Source: Verrucomicrobiota bacterium
Lineage (GTDB): Bacteria; Verrucomicrobiota; Verrucomicrobiia; Limisphaerales; CANJSG01
DNA length: 64,000 nucleotides
Direction: 5' to 3'
Assembly: GCA_038209745.1 (NCBI GenBank)
Contig: JBBQXJ010000016.1
Coordinates: 684-64,683 of the forward strand
A program made the position numbers and the translations under genes. Shown here one piece after another: positions 1-8,201 of this stretch. Under the pieces are notes generated by a model. That model saw only the letters and a list, made by a program, of their open reading frames with translations, was not told where the DNA came from and ran no database searches. Numbering within the stretch: the stretch's first letter is position 1; every line of letters starts with the position of its first letter.

Positions 1-25
1 GAAGGTGATGGTTTGCATGGCGAAA

Positions 26-889
26 TTACTTGATCGGGTCGGCGGCTCTGGCCGCCGGAAGCCACTTTAAGGTGTTTTTTTCGATGAAGTCCACGATTGG
101 CGCGGGGTCTTCCAGACCGTGAGGGTGGTGGCCGATCCCGGGCTTGGGGATGAGCGTGATGCTTCCGCCAAGTTTACGGTAGCGTTCGGCGATCAACCCG
201 GTGTTCTCCTCCCACGGAACGACCATGTCGGCATCGCCGTAGACGTGGAGCAGCGGAATCTTGGCAGCGGCCAAGGATCGGAGAGTGTCGACCGGGTTGC
301 CCTGATAGGCGATGGCCTCGGCGTCTGACTGGAAGCCGTACGCAGTCAGCATCTTCGTCCACTCCGCCTCCGAGCCCACACCCTTCCCAAGCTGCTTCGG
401 CCTGCCGCCGGGCCAGCTCTTGAAATCACAGACGGGTGCGTCGGCGTAGATGCAGGCGACCCGGTCCGGATGTTTCGCGGCCCAGTTGAAACAATAGAGA
501 CCGCCACGGCTCAGGCCGATCAGCGCGACCTTTTTGGCGAAGCCATGTTTGCCGGTCAGCTCGTCGTAGAAAGCGTCCCAGTGTTTGCCGACAGCGGGAT
601 TGCCGAACTGGTCCGGCACGCCGAGGTAGGCCAGATGGAATCCCTTCGCCACCAGCGCGGCGTCGGCATTCGCGAAGGCACCGAAGAACTCGCCGCGCCA
701 CGCCCACGGATTGCCGGGCAAGGCGTGCTTGGGTGCGACGATGATGGCTGGCTTGCCGTCGACCACGAAGTCGTAGCGGTCGAAGCCCTGCCACTCGGAC
801 TTCTTGCCCGGAAACGCGATCTCGGACGCCATCGCGCTGACCGCGAGGAGGCATCCGAAAAGGGCTGCGAAACTGGACCGAAGGTTCAT
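26..889 (-). CDS. secreted alpha/beta-fold hydrolase
   Basis: 287-aa ORF. Signal-peptide-like N-terminus (MNLRSSFAALFGCLLAVSAMA). Nucleophile elbow GLSRGG, later GDAD and GIGHHPHG. Its ATG overlaps the stop of the upstream radical SAM gene (ATGA, 886-889). Confidence 0.7.
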   Translation of the reverse strand: MNLRSSFAALFGCLLAVSAMASEIAFPGKKSEWQGFDRYDFVVDGKPAIIVAPKHALPGNPWAWRGEFFGAFANADAALVAKGFHLAYLGVPDQFGNPAVGKHWDAFYDELTGKHGFAKKVALIGLSRGGLYCFNWAAKHPDRVACIYADAPVCDFKSWPGGRPKQLGKGVGSEAEWTKMLTAYGFQSDAEAIAYQGNPVDTLRSLAAAKIPLLHVYGDADMVVPWEENTGLIAERYRKLGGSITLIPKPGIGHHPHGLEDPAPIVDFIEKNTLKWLPAARAADPIK

Positions 890-2187
890 TCAGCCGCGCC
901 GGGGAGGGGTTGTGGTTTGCGGAGATCCGGTTTGGTCGGCGTGGTCAACTTGCCGGCCAAATCCCGCGCCTTCGCCTCGGCGTCGTGCGAGACGTTCCGG
1001 TAGGCGTCAAAATCGTGGAACCAATACTTCTTGGCGAGGCGATACATCCAGTGCTTCTCGGGGATCTCTTCGCCGGGCAACCACTGGCTGAAACGCGGCG
1101 TCATGGCGTCGAGTTCCGCCATGGCGGTGCCGCGCACGGTGGTGTCTCGAGCACCGTGTTTGACCACGAGTTCCTTCACCAAGTCGGGCCGCTCAAGCAC
1201 CACGCAGCCGCGCGTCGCGTTGGCGGAGAGTTCGCGGAAATCTTTCAGGAACGCGCTGTCCCGCATCGTCTCGTAGATGCCGCGCTCGTCGTGGATCGAT
1301 TCCTTGGCGAACTGGATGATCGGGCAAGGCTCGATGTCGCCCTTGGGACTGATGTGGTGGCTGATGCCGGTGGACATCGGGCAGAGCGCCTGACCGCGAC
1401 CGTCGTAGTAGGCGTCGATCATGGCGATGGGCATCTTGGCCCGCATCTCGACGATGAACTTCCGCACCTGCACGAGCTGGTCCGGCCGCAACGCCAGGGC
1501 GGCGTTCATCTTCGCGCCGACCGGCCGGTAGGTGTGATACCAGACGTAGTGGACGCCGCGATCGATCAGCTCCTGGAGCCAGGACTCGGTCAGCAGCTCG
1601 TCGATGTTCGTCTGGCAGACGCTGGTGGCCACGCCGGTGAGGATGCCTTCCTTCAGGCACGCGTCCAATCCGCGCAAGGTGCGGTTGAGCACGTCCTTGT
1701 TGCCCCGGCGTTCGTCGCTGGTGATTTCGCGGCCCTCGATGCTGATGAGCGGCGTGGCGTTGCCCAGTTCGCGCAGTCGCTTGGCCACCTTGTCGGTGAT
1801 GAACTGGCCGTTGGTGAAGATCTGGAAATAGCAGTCCGGATGGGCCGCGAGGATGTCCATCAGCTCCGGGTGCATGAACGGCTCGCCGCCGAGCAGGCCG
1901 AAGAAGGTGTTCCCGTGCTTCTTGGCGTCGTTGATCATCCGGTTCATCGCCGGCAGATCGATGGCGTTGCGGGGCGCCTCGACGTCCACCCAGCAGCCCT
2001 GGCAGCGGAGATTGCAGGAGTTGAGGATCGAGACGTAAAGAAACGGCGGGAAGAACTCGCCGCGCTTGATCCGGCGCTTGAACCGCTCGACCGACAGCAG
2101 CCCCTTCACGCCGAAATTCCAGGCGAACTTCCGGATGCACCGGAAATCGGCGTTGCGCAGGGTGCGATAGAGGAGGGTGGGGAGCAT
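886..2187 (-). CDS. radical SAM protein, subfamily not assigned
   Basis: 433-aa ORF with the canonical CxxxCxxC cluster (SCNLRCQGCW) about 60 aa from the N-terminus and a GGEP motif (LLGGEPFMHPEL). The C-terminal half carries extra Cys (ALCPMS, IEPCPII). Confidence 0.8.
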   Translation of the reverse strand: MLPTLLYRTLRNADFRCIRKFAWNFGVKGLLSVERFKRRIKRGEFFPPFLYVSILNSCNLRCQGCWVDVEAPRNAIDLPAMNRMINDAKKHGNTFFGLLGGEPFMHPELMDILAAHPDCYFQIFTNGQFITDKVAKRLRELGNATPLISIEGREITSDERRGNKDVLNRTLRGLDACLKEGILTGVATSVCQTNIDELLTESWLQELIDRGVHYVWYHTYRPVGAKMNAALALRPDQLVQVRKFIVEMRAKMPIAMIDAYYDGRGQALCPMSTGISHHISPKGDIEPCPIIQFAKESIHDERGIYETMRDSAFLKDFRELSANATRGCVVLERPDLVKELVVKHGARDTTVRGTAMAELDAMTPRFSQWLPGEEIPEKHWMYRLAKKYWFHDFDAYRNVSHDAEAKARDLAGKLTTPTKPDLRKPQPLPGAAE

Positions 2188-2206
2188 GGGAGCGAGGAGT
2201 CTTACT

Positions 2207-3055
2207 TTAGGCGCTTTCGTCTAGTTGCTTCAAAGTGGTTCCGTCTTTCGTCTTCCATGCCGTCAGTCCATTGGCGTTCCCGCCATGGATCACGACGGCT
2301 GCGGCGGATGGACTGGTAAACTCGCAGTCCTTCATGAAGACGAGTAGGCCGTTCTTCTCAAACAGTATCTTTTCTGCGACGAGCCGTTTTCGTTGAACAA
2401 TTACTCCCGGATAGTTCTCTGTGGATGGCCGTTCATCGAGAACCGCCGTGGATCCCTCAAACACGACAAATCCATCCGCGGTCCGCTGCCCGCGAGCCTC
2501 GGCTCCTTTGATGCGGCAAAAAAGAACGCCCCCAGGTTGAGACTTGGCGGCCGGTTGCACGATCGGAGCGAGAATGTCTGAGCCCAAAACCGGCAGGAGT
2601 TGTTGAACCCGCGAGAAAAACACCTCCATGTCCTCGCGATCTGATTCAGGAAGCTTAGAGCCCCCAGCCTGATTCTGTTCCAGAGTGAACCTTCCTACCT
2701 TTGCTGCCTCAGCCAGCAGACGACTCTCAAGGTAGCGAACATGAGCTTTTGTGAGGTTCTCGTCCTTGCTGACGAAGACGATGGCCGAAACCCAAAATTC
2801 CTTTGTCTTGTGCTGCTTGAGCCTCTCGCGAATCACCTCAGCCTCTCCGATGTAGGCGAGAGGTGCACCAGTGAGCGGATCGCTTCCCGTCAGAATATAA
2901 ACTCCAGCTTTCTCAAGTTCGTCACGCGCCAGTAGTTCATCAAGTTCCGTGCGAGGCGCTGCAACTGCCTTCCCCGTCCAATTGGAGATCTCCGCTGTGC
3001 GAAGGCTCTTGGCGTCACCGCGAGGTAGAAAAAGTTTGATGGTTGCAGAAGCCAT
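2207..3055 (-). CDS. GIY-YIG nuclease family protein with DUF4357-like C-terminal domain
   Basis: GIY-YIG-type motifs (GVYILTG ... LAYIGEAEVIRERLKQH ... KAHVRYLESRL). C-terminal block FVVFEGS...SPSAAAVVIHGGNANGLTAWK resembles DUF4357. ATG at 3055 is preferred over the ORF-track TTG at 3064. The region is visibly lower in GC than its flanks. Confidence 0.7.
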   Translation of the reverse strand: MASATIKLFLPRGDAKSLRTAEISNWTGKAVAAPRTELDELLARDELEKAGVYILTGSDPLTGAPLAYIGEAEVIRERLKQHKTKEFWVSAIVFVSKDENLTKAHVRYLESRLLAEAAKVGRFTLEQNQAGGSKLPESDREDMEVFFSRVQQLLPVLGSDILAPIVQPAAKSQPGGVLFCRIKGAEARGQRTADGFVVFEGSTAVLDERPSTENYPGVIVQRKRLVAEKILFEKNGLLVFMKDCEFTSPSAAAVVIHGGNANGLTAWKTKDGTTLKQLDESA

Positions 3056-3060
3056 AGAAC

Positions 3061-3297
3061 TCAAGCCGCATTCGCAGAAGCCTCATGCTCCAGCAATGCA
3101 GCAAACTCCTTCATCAACCAGTCCTTCTGGCGAACGATGGCGCGAGCTGCGGCCAGCTTCTTCTCCAAAAACAGCCTGGACGCGGGTTCGCTCAGGCGCA
3201 GCACACGGGATCCGTCCGCGAGTTGGATCATCTCGGGTTGGATATTGGCCTTCGTGGTCAGGAGGATTGCCGAAGCACCAGATTCCGCCACCGCCAT
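3061..3297 (-). CDS. small hypothetical protein (78 aa)
   Basis: Internal Met (MAVAESGAS...) of the 202-aa ORF. Its stop lies 5 nt upstream of the GIY-YIG ATG. Sequence upstream of this Met is Arg/Pro-rich repeat-derived junk. No recognisable domain. Confidence 0.3.
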   Translation of the reverse strand: MAVAESGASAILLTTKANIQPEMIQLADGSRVLRLSEPASRLFLEKKLAAARAIVRQKDWLMKEFAALLEHEASANAA

Positions 3298-3353
3298 CTT
3301 TCCGAGCCTTTCCTGATTGTCGTCGTGCGAGGAGGGAGGACGAACGCCGGGTT

Positions 3354-3398
3354 GGGGAACCCGGCCTACAGGCTGTAGGCCCGGTCCCCTGACCGGGC
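3354..3398. repeat. REP-like palindromic element (GGGGAACCCGGCCTACAG/CTGTAGGCCCGGTCCCC plus CCGGTC-CCCT-GACCGG hairpin)
   Basis: Near-perfect inverted repeat read directly from the sequence. It lies in non-coding DNA downstream of the minus-strand ferredoxin gene. Confidence 0.6.
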
Positions 3399-3527
3399 GG
3401 GCCACTTGGTCAGATCGGCGCCAAGGGATCCAGCTGGCCTGCAAAGCGCCGTCCAGCCGGCGCAGTCCAAGACGTTGGCGCGACTTAACACGCGCCTCGG
3501 CCATTCCCACGTTGCTCAGGCGGACCC

Positions 3528-4385
3528 TCACGCCGTCGCCCTTCCGGCCAGCGCGGATTCCGCCTTGGCCTTGGCTTCCTTGGACTTGCGGGCGATCTCC
3601 TCGAGGGAGGGCAGGCTCATGAGGACTTCGGGCGGGATGTCGCCCATGGCGGCCAGTTTCACGAGGCATTTCTGCCGTTCCTTCAGTGCCTTGTCGGAGT
3701 CGCGTTCCTTGGAGAAGCGGCTCTTGGCCTTCTCGCTGCGATCACGCAGGAGGGAATAGACGTCGCCGCCGAGGAGCGCGGAGATGTCCACCTTCATCTT
3801 CTCCCGCTGGAGATCGGCGCTGCTGACCAAGTCGCCGTTGATCGGGCCGGCCTTGTATTTCGGGAACATGATCGCGGCCTCGGGGCAGACGCGCGAACAG
3901 GCGGGGCAGTTGGTTTTGCAGTTGTCGTGGTTCTGCGCCTGGATCTGCTTTTCCTCGTCCACGCCGTAGACGCCGAAGAGACAGAAGCTGAGGCACTGCA
4001 TGCAGTTCGTGCAGCGGTCGTAGTCGATGACGGGGAACCAGGGTTTCCACTCGCCGTGCTTGGCCGCGCCGGTCTCGACGCGGACGGTCTCGGCCTTGGC
4101 CGCGATGCCGGAGGCGTCGAGCTCGGTGATGTCCTCGAAGCGGAGCGGAATCTCACCGGCGGCGTCCTCAGCGGCGGGCGCTAGGCCGCCATCGAACTGG
4201 CCGACGACGAGCAACTGGTTGCGGCTGGCCGGCGCGGGCATCCCTTGGCCAGTGGCGCGGGTCACGGCGAAGCCCTGGGACAGGAGCGCGTGGATGGCGG
4301 CGAACCGGTCCTCGGGGGCCATCGGCTGGCTGCCGGCACCCTCGTAGAGGACAACGCGCAAGGTGGTCTGGGAAGTGAGGCTCAT
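3528..4385 (-). CDS. 2x[4Fe-4S] ferredoxin-domain protein with N- and C-terminal extensions
   Basis: Two cluster motifs: CTNCMQCLSFC and CKTNCPACSRVCP. Start moved to MSLTSQ (ATG at 4385) because the upstream 43 aa are Arg-rich junk. Lys/Glu-rich C-terminal tail. Confidence 0.75.
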   Translation of the reverse strand: MSLTSQTTLRVVLYEGAGSQPMAPEDRFAAIHALLSQGFAVTRATGQGMPAPASRNQLLVVGQFDGGLAPAAEDAAGEIPLRFEDITELDASGIAAKAETVRVETGAAKHGEWKPWFPVIDYDRCTNCMQCLSFCLFGVYGVDEEKQIQAQNHDNCKTNCPACSRVCPEAAIMFPKYKAGPINGDLVSSADLQREKMKVDISALLGGDVYSLLRDRSEKAKSRFSKERDSDKALKERQKCLVKLAAMGDIPPEVLMSLPSLEEIARKSKEAKAKAESALAGRATA

Positions 4386-4485
4386 GGGTGGAAGATGAAT
4401 GGAAGCTGCCGAGGTGACGAGGCGGACGGCCGGAAATCGATTGGCCAGGTCCGTCTCCTTACGTCGGCGGCTACGAGGGATGGCT

Positions 4486-4881
4486 TCACGTCGCCACCTC
4501 CGCCTTCGGCGCATCTCCGGCCGTCACTTTACCGACGGGCAAATTCGCTTGGAGTTCGGGACGGAACAGCGCGGCGACCACTTCGTCGGCGGGCTGGACG
4601 CGCATGTTCAGGACTTCGGTCGCCTCGGGCTTGAGCGGCGCGCCGGCGGAGGCGAAGAGCCACTTCACAGCGCGCGGGAAGCAGGCGGCGATCTTCACCG
4701 GGTTGCCGTCGGCCAGCGACTTCATCGACGCGTCCTTGCGGGCGGAGAGTTCGCAGAGATCGGCCACGGCGTCGAAGGCCACGCCGGACTCGCAGAGCTT
4801 CCGGAGCACGGTCGCCTTCACCTCGGCCGGAACGACCTGGGCGTAGGTGCAATTACAGAACAATACGCGCGGCGAACTCAT
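4486..4881 (-). CDS. small Cys-containing protein (131 aa), function unknown
   Basis: Only the C-terminal 131 aa of the 436-aa ORF look like real protein (MSSPRVLFCNCTYAQVVPAEVK...). Its ATG overlaps the G3E GTPase stop (TCAT at 4878-4881, i.e. ATGA on the minus strand). Confidence 0.55.
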   Translation of the reverse strand: MSSPRVLFCNCTYAQVVPAEVKATVLRKLCESGVAFDAVADLCELSARKDASMKSLADGNPVKIAACFPRAVKWLFASAGAPLKPEATEVLNMRVQPADEVVAALFRPELQANLPVGKVTAGDAPKAEVAT

Positions 4882-6005
4882 GGAGCGGTGAAAGCAGTCA
4901 GACGATGCGTAGGCTGCGGTTTGCCGGGGCGGAAGTGTTCCTCGTGCTCCAGGCGCGCGGTCAAACCGGGATGGGCGACGGCCAAGGCGGCGACACTGTC
5001 GACGACCGCCGTGTGGAGCGTCTCGGGCGCGGCCTCGGCGCGGACGTTGACGATGAGCTGGCCGGACTCGACCACGTCCGGCAACAGGATGGACAGCTCG
5101 GGCACGAAGTCGTTGCGGACGACGTTGACCACCGCGATGTCGCCGAGCCCGCCATCCGGACTGAGGGTCATCTTCAGGTGGGCGATTTCGCCGTTGGCGG
5201 TGTTGAGGCGGGCCTGGATGTCCGCGGCCAATTCGCGGAGAAGTTCGTTCCCGTCGAAGCCGTCCGCCTTGGCCAACTGCACCGTGCAGTTCAGCCAGCC
5301 AAGCAGGGCCTCGCCATCCGCGTAGACTTCGTAGTCCACCTGCATCGATTCGCCGTCCGGCTGGTTTTCGCGGGCGATGCGGGCGAACCACTCGTCCATC
5401 CCCTGCCCGGTCCGGGCGGAGACGGCGATGACGGACTTGCCCGGAAATTCGGCGTCCAACGCTGCCTTCAAAGCGGCTTTGCGCTCCGGCGTCAGCAGGT
5501 CGGCTTTGTTGATCACGACGAGGTCCGCTTCCTCGATCTGCTTGCGGTAGATGTAGGCGACCTTCTCGGAGAATTTTCCGCCCTCTTCCACCCCGAACAG
5601 CCGAAGCGCCCGGATCGGATCCAGCAGCACGCTGAGCGGCGCGACGGCGAAGTCCTCGTGATAGATGCGGCGCAGCGGATAGGTGACGGTCGCCACGAGA
5701 TCGGTGCAGCTGCCGACCGGTTCCGCGATGAAGACGTCGGGCCGGGTCGAGGCGGTCAGCTTGTTCGCGGCTTCGACGAGGGAATTGAACCGGCAACAGA
5801 AACAGCCGCCGGGGATCTCTTCGGTGGCGAAGCCTTTCGAGCGGAGCATGGCGGTGTCCACCAACTCGCTGCCCTGGTCATTGGTGATCAAGCCGACCTT
5901 GAGCCCTTGAGTCTTGAGATGCTGGGCCAGGTGGGCCACGGACGTGGTCTTCCCCGATCCGAGGAATCCGCCGATCATGATGTAGCGCGCTTGGGGCATA
6001 GCCAT
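4878..6005 (-). CDS. CobW/G3E-family P-loop GTPase (metallochaperone-like)
   Basis: P-loop GGFLGSGKTT, CxCC-like GGCFCC, NKxD (VINKADL). Long C-terminal domain. Start set at MAMPQARYIMIGG. Confidence 0.8.
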   Translation of the reverse strand: MAMPQARYIMIGGFLGSGKTTSVAHLAQHLKTQGLKVGLITNDQGSELVDTAMLRSKGFATEEIPGGCFCCRFNSLVEAANKLTASTRPDVFIAEPVGSCTDLVATVTYPLRRIYHEDFAVAPLSVLLDPIRALRLFGVEEGGKFSEKVAYIYRKQIEEADLVVINKADLLTPERKAALKAALDAEFPGKSVIAVSARTGQGMDEWFARIARENQPDGESMQVDYEVYADGEALLGWLNCTVQLAKADGFDGNELLRELAADIQARLNTANGEIAHLKMTLSPDGGLGDIAVVNVVRNDFVPELSILLPDVVESGQLIVNVRAEAAPETLHTAVVDSVAALAVAHPGLTARLEHEEHFRPGKPQPTHRLTAFTAP

Positions 6006-6029
6006 TCTTGGATGTTGGAGACGCAAGAT

Positions 6030-6506
6030 TTAGTCAGGGGTTTCTTCGGCTTTTTGTTTTTCGAGGATCCGGTCGATCGTCTTGTCCAACAGCTCGCGGT
6101 AGCCGTGGACATCCACGCAGAGCGCATCGGGCTCACCGCGCACTTCGTAGAGCCAGCCGGCGTGATAGCCGTCGCGGGTCACGAGTTCGATGTCCGACGC
6201 CAGCGCGGTATTCCCGGCGACGAACGCACCGTCGACCACGCAGAAGAGGTCGGAAATGGCCTTGAACCCTTCGATCCAGCCGACGACATCGCCGCTCTTC
6301 ACCGGCAAACCGGCCGTGGCGTCGAAGCGGTGGTCGACCATTTCGCCCAGCATCCGGGTGGCGAACTTGGTGAATCCGACCCGCCAAATTCCCTCGCCGC
6401 GATTCTCCACCCAGCAGTGCGACGGGCTGTAGCGCCGCGCCACGGGCAACGAGGTCACAAACGTGGCGCGTTTGTAGAGCGTTGTCTGGCTTTCGGGGGG
6501 CGGCAT
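6030..6506 (-). CDS. glycine-cleavage H-protein family (lipoyl-carrier-like) protein
   Basis: GcvH-like pattern: HCWV...GFTKFA...LGEMV...GDVVGWIEGFKAISDL...GW. The lipoyl-Lys context is retained. Start at MPPPESQ (ATG 6506), since the upstream part of the ORF is Arg-rich. Confidence 0.75.
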   Translation of the reverse strand: MPPPESQTTLYKRATFVTSLPVARRYSPSHCWVENRGEGIWRVGFTKFATRMLGEMVDHRFDATAGLPVKSGDVVGWIEGFKAISDLFCVVDGAFVAGNTALASDIELVTRDGYHAGWLYEVRGEPDALCVDVHGYRELLDKTIDRILEKQKAEETPD

Positions 6507-6649
6507 GTCACCCGGACTAATCGCTGCGCGACCGGCCGGTGACAAGTCTCTTCGGCCATTTTTTGTCCAGCGACCCGATCTGGAATCCAACTCCGGCCAG
6601 GGCTTCCCATCGACCCGGCGGCTCCCGCATTCTCCTGCCGTAGCCGGAC

Positions 6650-7801
6650 ATGATCTACTTCGACCACAACGCCACCGCCCCGCTCCATGCCGTCGCCCGC
6701 GACGCTTGGCTCGCGGCGGCGGAACAGTTCCCCGGCAATCCCTCAAGCCTCCACCGACTCGGCGGCCGCGCCGACGCCGCCCTGACCGACGCCCGTCAAC
6801 GCTTGGCCAAACTGATCCACTGCGACGCCGCAGACATCGTCTTCACTTCCGGCGCGACGGAATCGGCCAATCTGGTTCTTCACCACTACGCCCGAGCCCT
6901 TGCGAAGGACGCCACCGTCTGGATCTCCGCAATCGAACATCCCTGCGTCACGGATGCGGCGGCTTATCATTTCGGAAACCGCCTTCGCCTGATCCCGGTG
7001 CAACCGTCTGGAATCATCGACCTCGTCTGGTTGGAGAATGAACTTCAACCCCGGCGCCCCGGACTGGTCGCCGTGATGGCGGCGAACAACGTGACCGGCG
7101 TGCTCCAACCGTGGCGCGAAGCGCTGGAACTCTGCCGCCGCCATGATGTGCCGTTCTTCTGCGACGCCGTCCAATGGATCGGCCGAGAGCCCGCCGCCGA
7201 TCTCGGCGAGTGCGACTGGCTCTCCGGCTGTGGTCACAAGGCGGGTGGCCCCCGCGGCATCGGCTTTCTGAAATGCTCGAGCCAAGGGCGCATCACGCCG
7301 CTCCTCCTCGGCGGTCCCCAAGAAGACGGCCGTCGCGCCGGCACCGAGAACGTCGCCGGAGCCTTGGCCATGGTCGCCTTGCTGGAACTCCGCGAACGAC
7401 AGGCAAACGACTTGACGAAGCGCCGAGGGTGGCGAACCGAATTCTGCAAAAAACTCTGCCTCAGATTGCCCGGCACCGAGATTGTCGAGAATGGAACCGA
7501 CACGCTCTGGAACACCGTCGCCGCCTTGATGCCGGAGACGGATTGCCCGAACCGCTGGGCGGTGAAACTGGACAAGCTGGGTTTCGCCGTCTCGATGGGA
7601 TCCGCCTGTTCCAGCGGGAAGGAGGAACCGTCGCCCGTGCTGCTGGCGATGGGGCTGCCTCCCGAAAAGGCATCGCGGATGCTGCGCTTCAGCGCCGGTT
7701 GGGAGACCTCCGAAGCCGATTGGCGGCGGTTGCTGGAGGGCGTTTTGACCGCAGCCCGAGAGTTGACTACAGGAGGGATCTCACATTCGCGCTCTTCATG
7801 A
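6650..7801 (+). CDS. cysteine desulfurase, NifS/IscS-type class V aminotransferase
   Basis: MIYFDHNATAPLH N-terminus, FTSGATESAN, SGCGHKAGGPRGIG (PLP-Lys region), catalytic-Cys loop SMGSACSSG. Confidence 0.85.
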   Translation: MIYFDHNATAPLHAVARDAWLAAAEQFPGNPSSLHRLGGRADAALTDARQRLAKLIHCDAADIVFTSGATESANLVLHHYARALAKDATVWISAIEHPCVTDAAAYHFGNRLRLIPVQPSGIIDLVWLENELQPRRPGLVAVMAANNVTGVLQPWREALELCRRHDVPFFCDAVQWIGREPAADLGECDWLSGCGHKAGGPRGIGFLKCSSQGRITPLLLGGPQEDGRRAGTENVAGALAMVALLELRERQANDLTKRRGWRTEFCKKLCLRLPGTEIVENGTDTLWNTVAALMPETDCPNRWAVKLDKLGFAVSMGSACSSGKEEPSPVLLAMGLPPEKASRMLRFSAGWETSEADWRRLLEGVLTAARELTTGGISHSRSS

Positions 7802-8139
7802 AAATCAACCCGTCCATCGTCGGAGAAGCGCTGGCAGGGACGCTTGTCGTCTGCGTTTGCTTCACGCTGCAGGGGCTGTTCGGTTTGCCCATTTGGACAA
7901 TTCCGCTGTTTGGTGGGCCGGCGGTGCTTTATCTCTATTGGCGGCTGGGCGAGCTTCGTTGGCAACTCTGGAAGGTTGTCAGTTGGGTCGTCGGAATGAG
8001 TCTGTTACTGTTCTTTTGGCCGCGATTCGTGCTGGATGACTACTGGTGGCTGATCTTTGTTGTGTGCTTCTTCCCGTCGAGTCCTTGGTTGTTTTGGCGG
8101 AAAACCAAGCGACCGGATTCAAGCAATGCCGGCTCCTGA
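7798..8139 (+). CDS. small integral membrane protein (113 aa)
   Basis: Three to four hydrophobic, Trp-rich segments. Its ATG overlaps the desulfurase stop (ATGA, 7798-7801). Confidence 0.5.
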   Translation: MKINPSIVGEALAGTLVVCVCFTLQGLFGLPIWTIPLFGGPAVLYLYWRLGELRWQLWKVVSWVVGMSLLLFFWPRFVLDDYWWLIFVVCFFPSSPWLFWRKTKRPDSSNAGS

Positions 8140-8201
8140 TGAGCTGGGCGCAAAAATCGCAGCCCCAAACCGATGAGATGGCGGCGAACTCCCGTTCGCC
8201 G

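Noticed and set aside
886-2187. Possibility that the radical SAM gene is hpnH (hopanoid side-chain biosynthesis), given shc nearby.
   Set aside because: The sequence around the CxxxCxxC motif and the C-terminal half do not resemble HpnH as I recall it. shc is separated from it by unrelated genes on both strands. No hpnG, hpnC, hpnD or hpnE is seen.
910-2319. 469-aa plus-strand ORF antisense to the radical SAM gene. The same pattern applies to other long antisense ORFs: 4905-6542, 11169-12914, 13641-15548, 24699-26234, 28638-30953, 40105-41520, 58387-59784, 59792-61216 and 61433-62845.
   Set aside because: These are typical high-GC shadow ORFs. They are rich in Arg/Gly/Ala/Pro/Val, have no motifs, and each lies fully opposite a gene with clear family signatures.
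4486-5796. 436-aa minus-strand ORF overlapping the G3E GTPase gene.
   Set aside because: Most of it is an out-of-frame Arg/Gly-rich read through the GTPase gene. Only the last 131 aa (from MSSPRV, 4881) look like a real protein.
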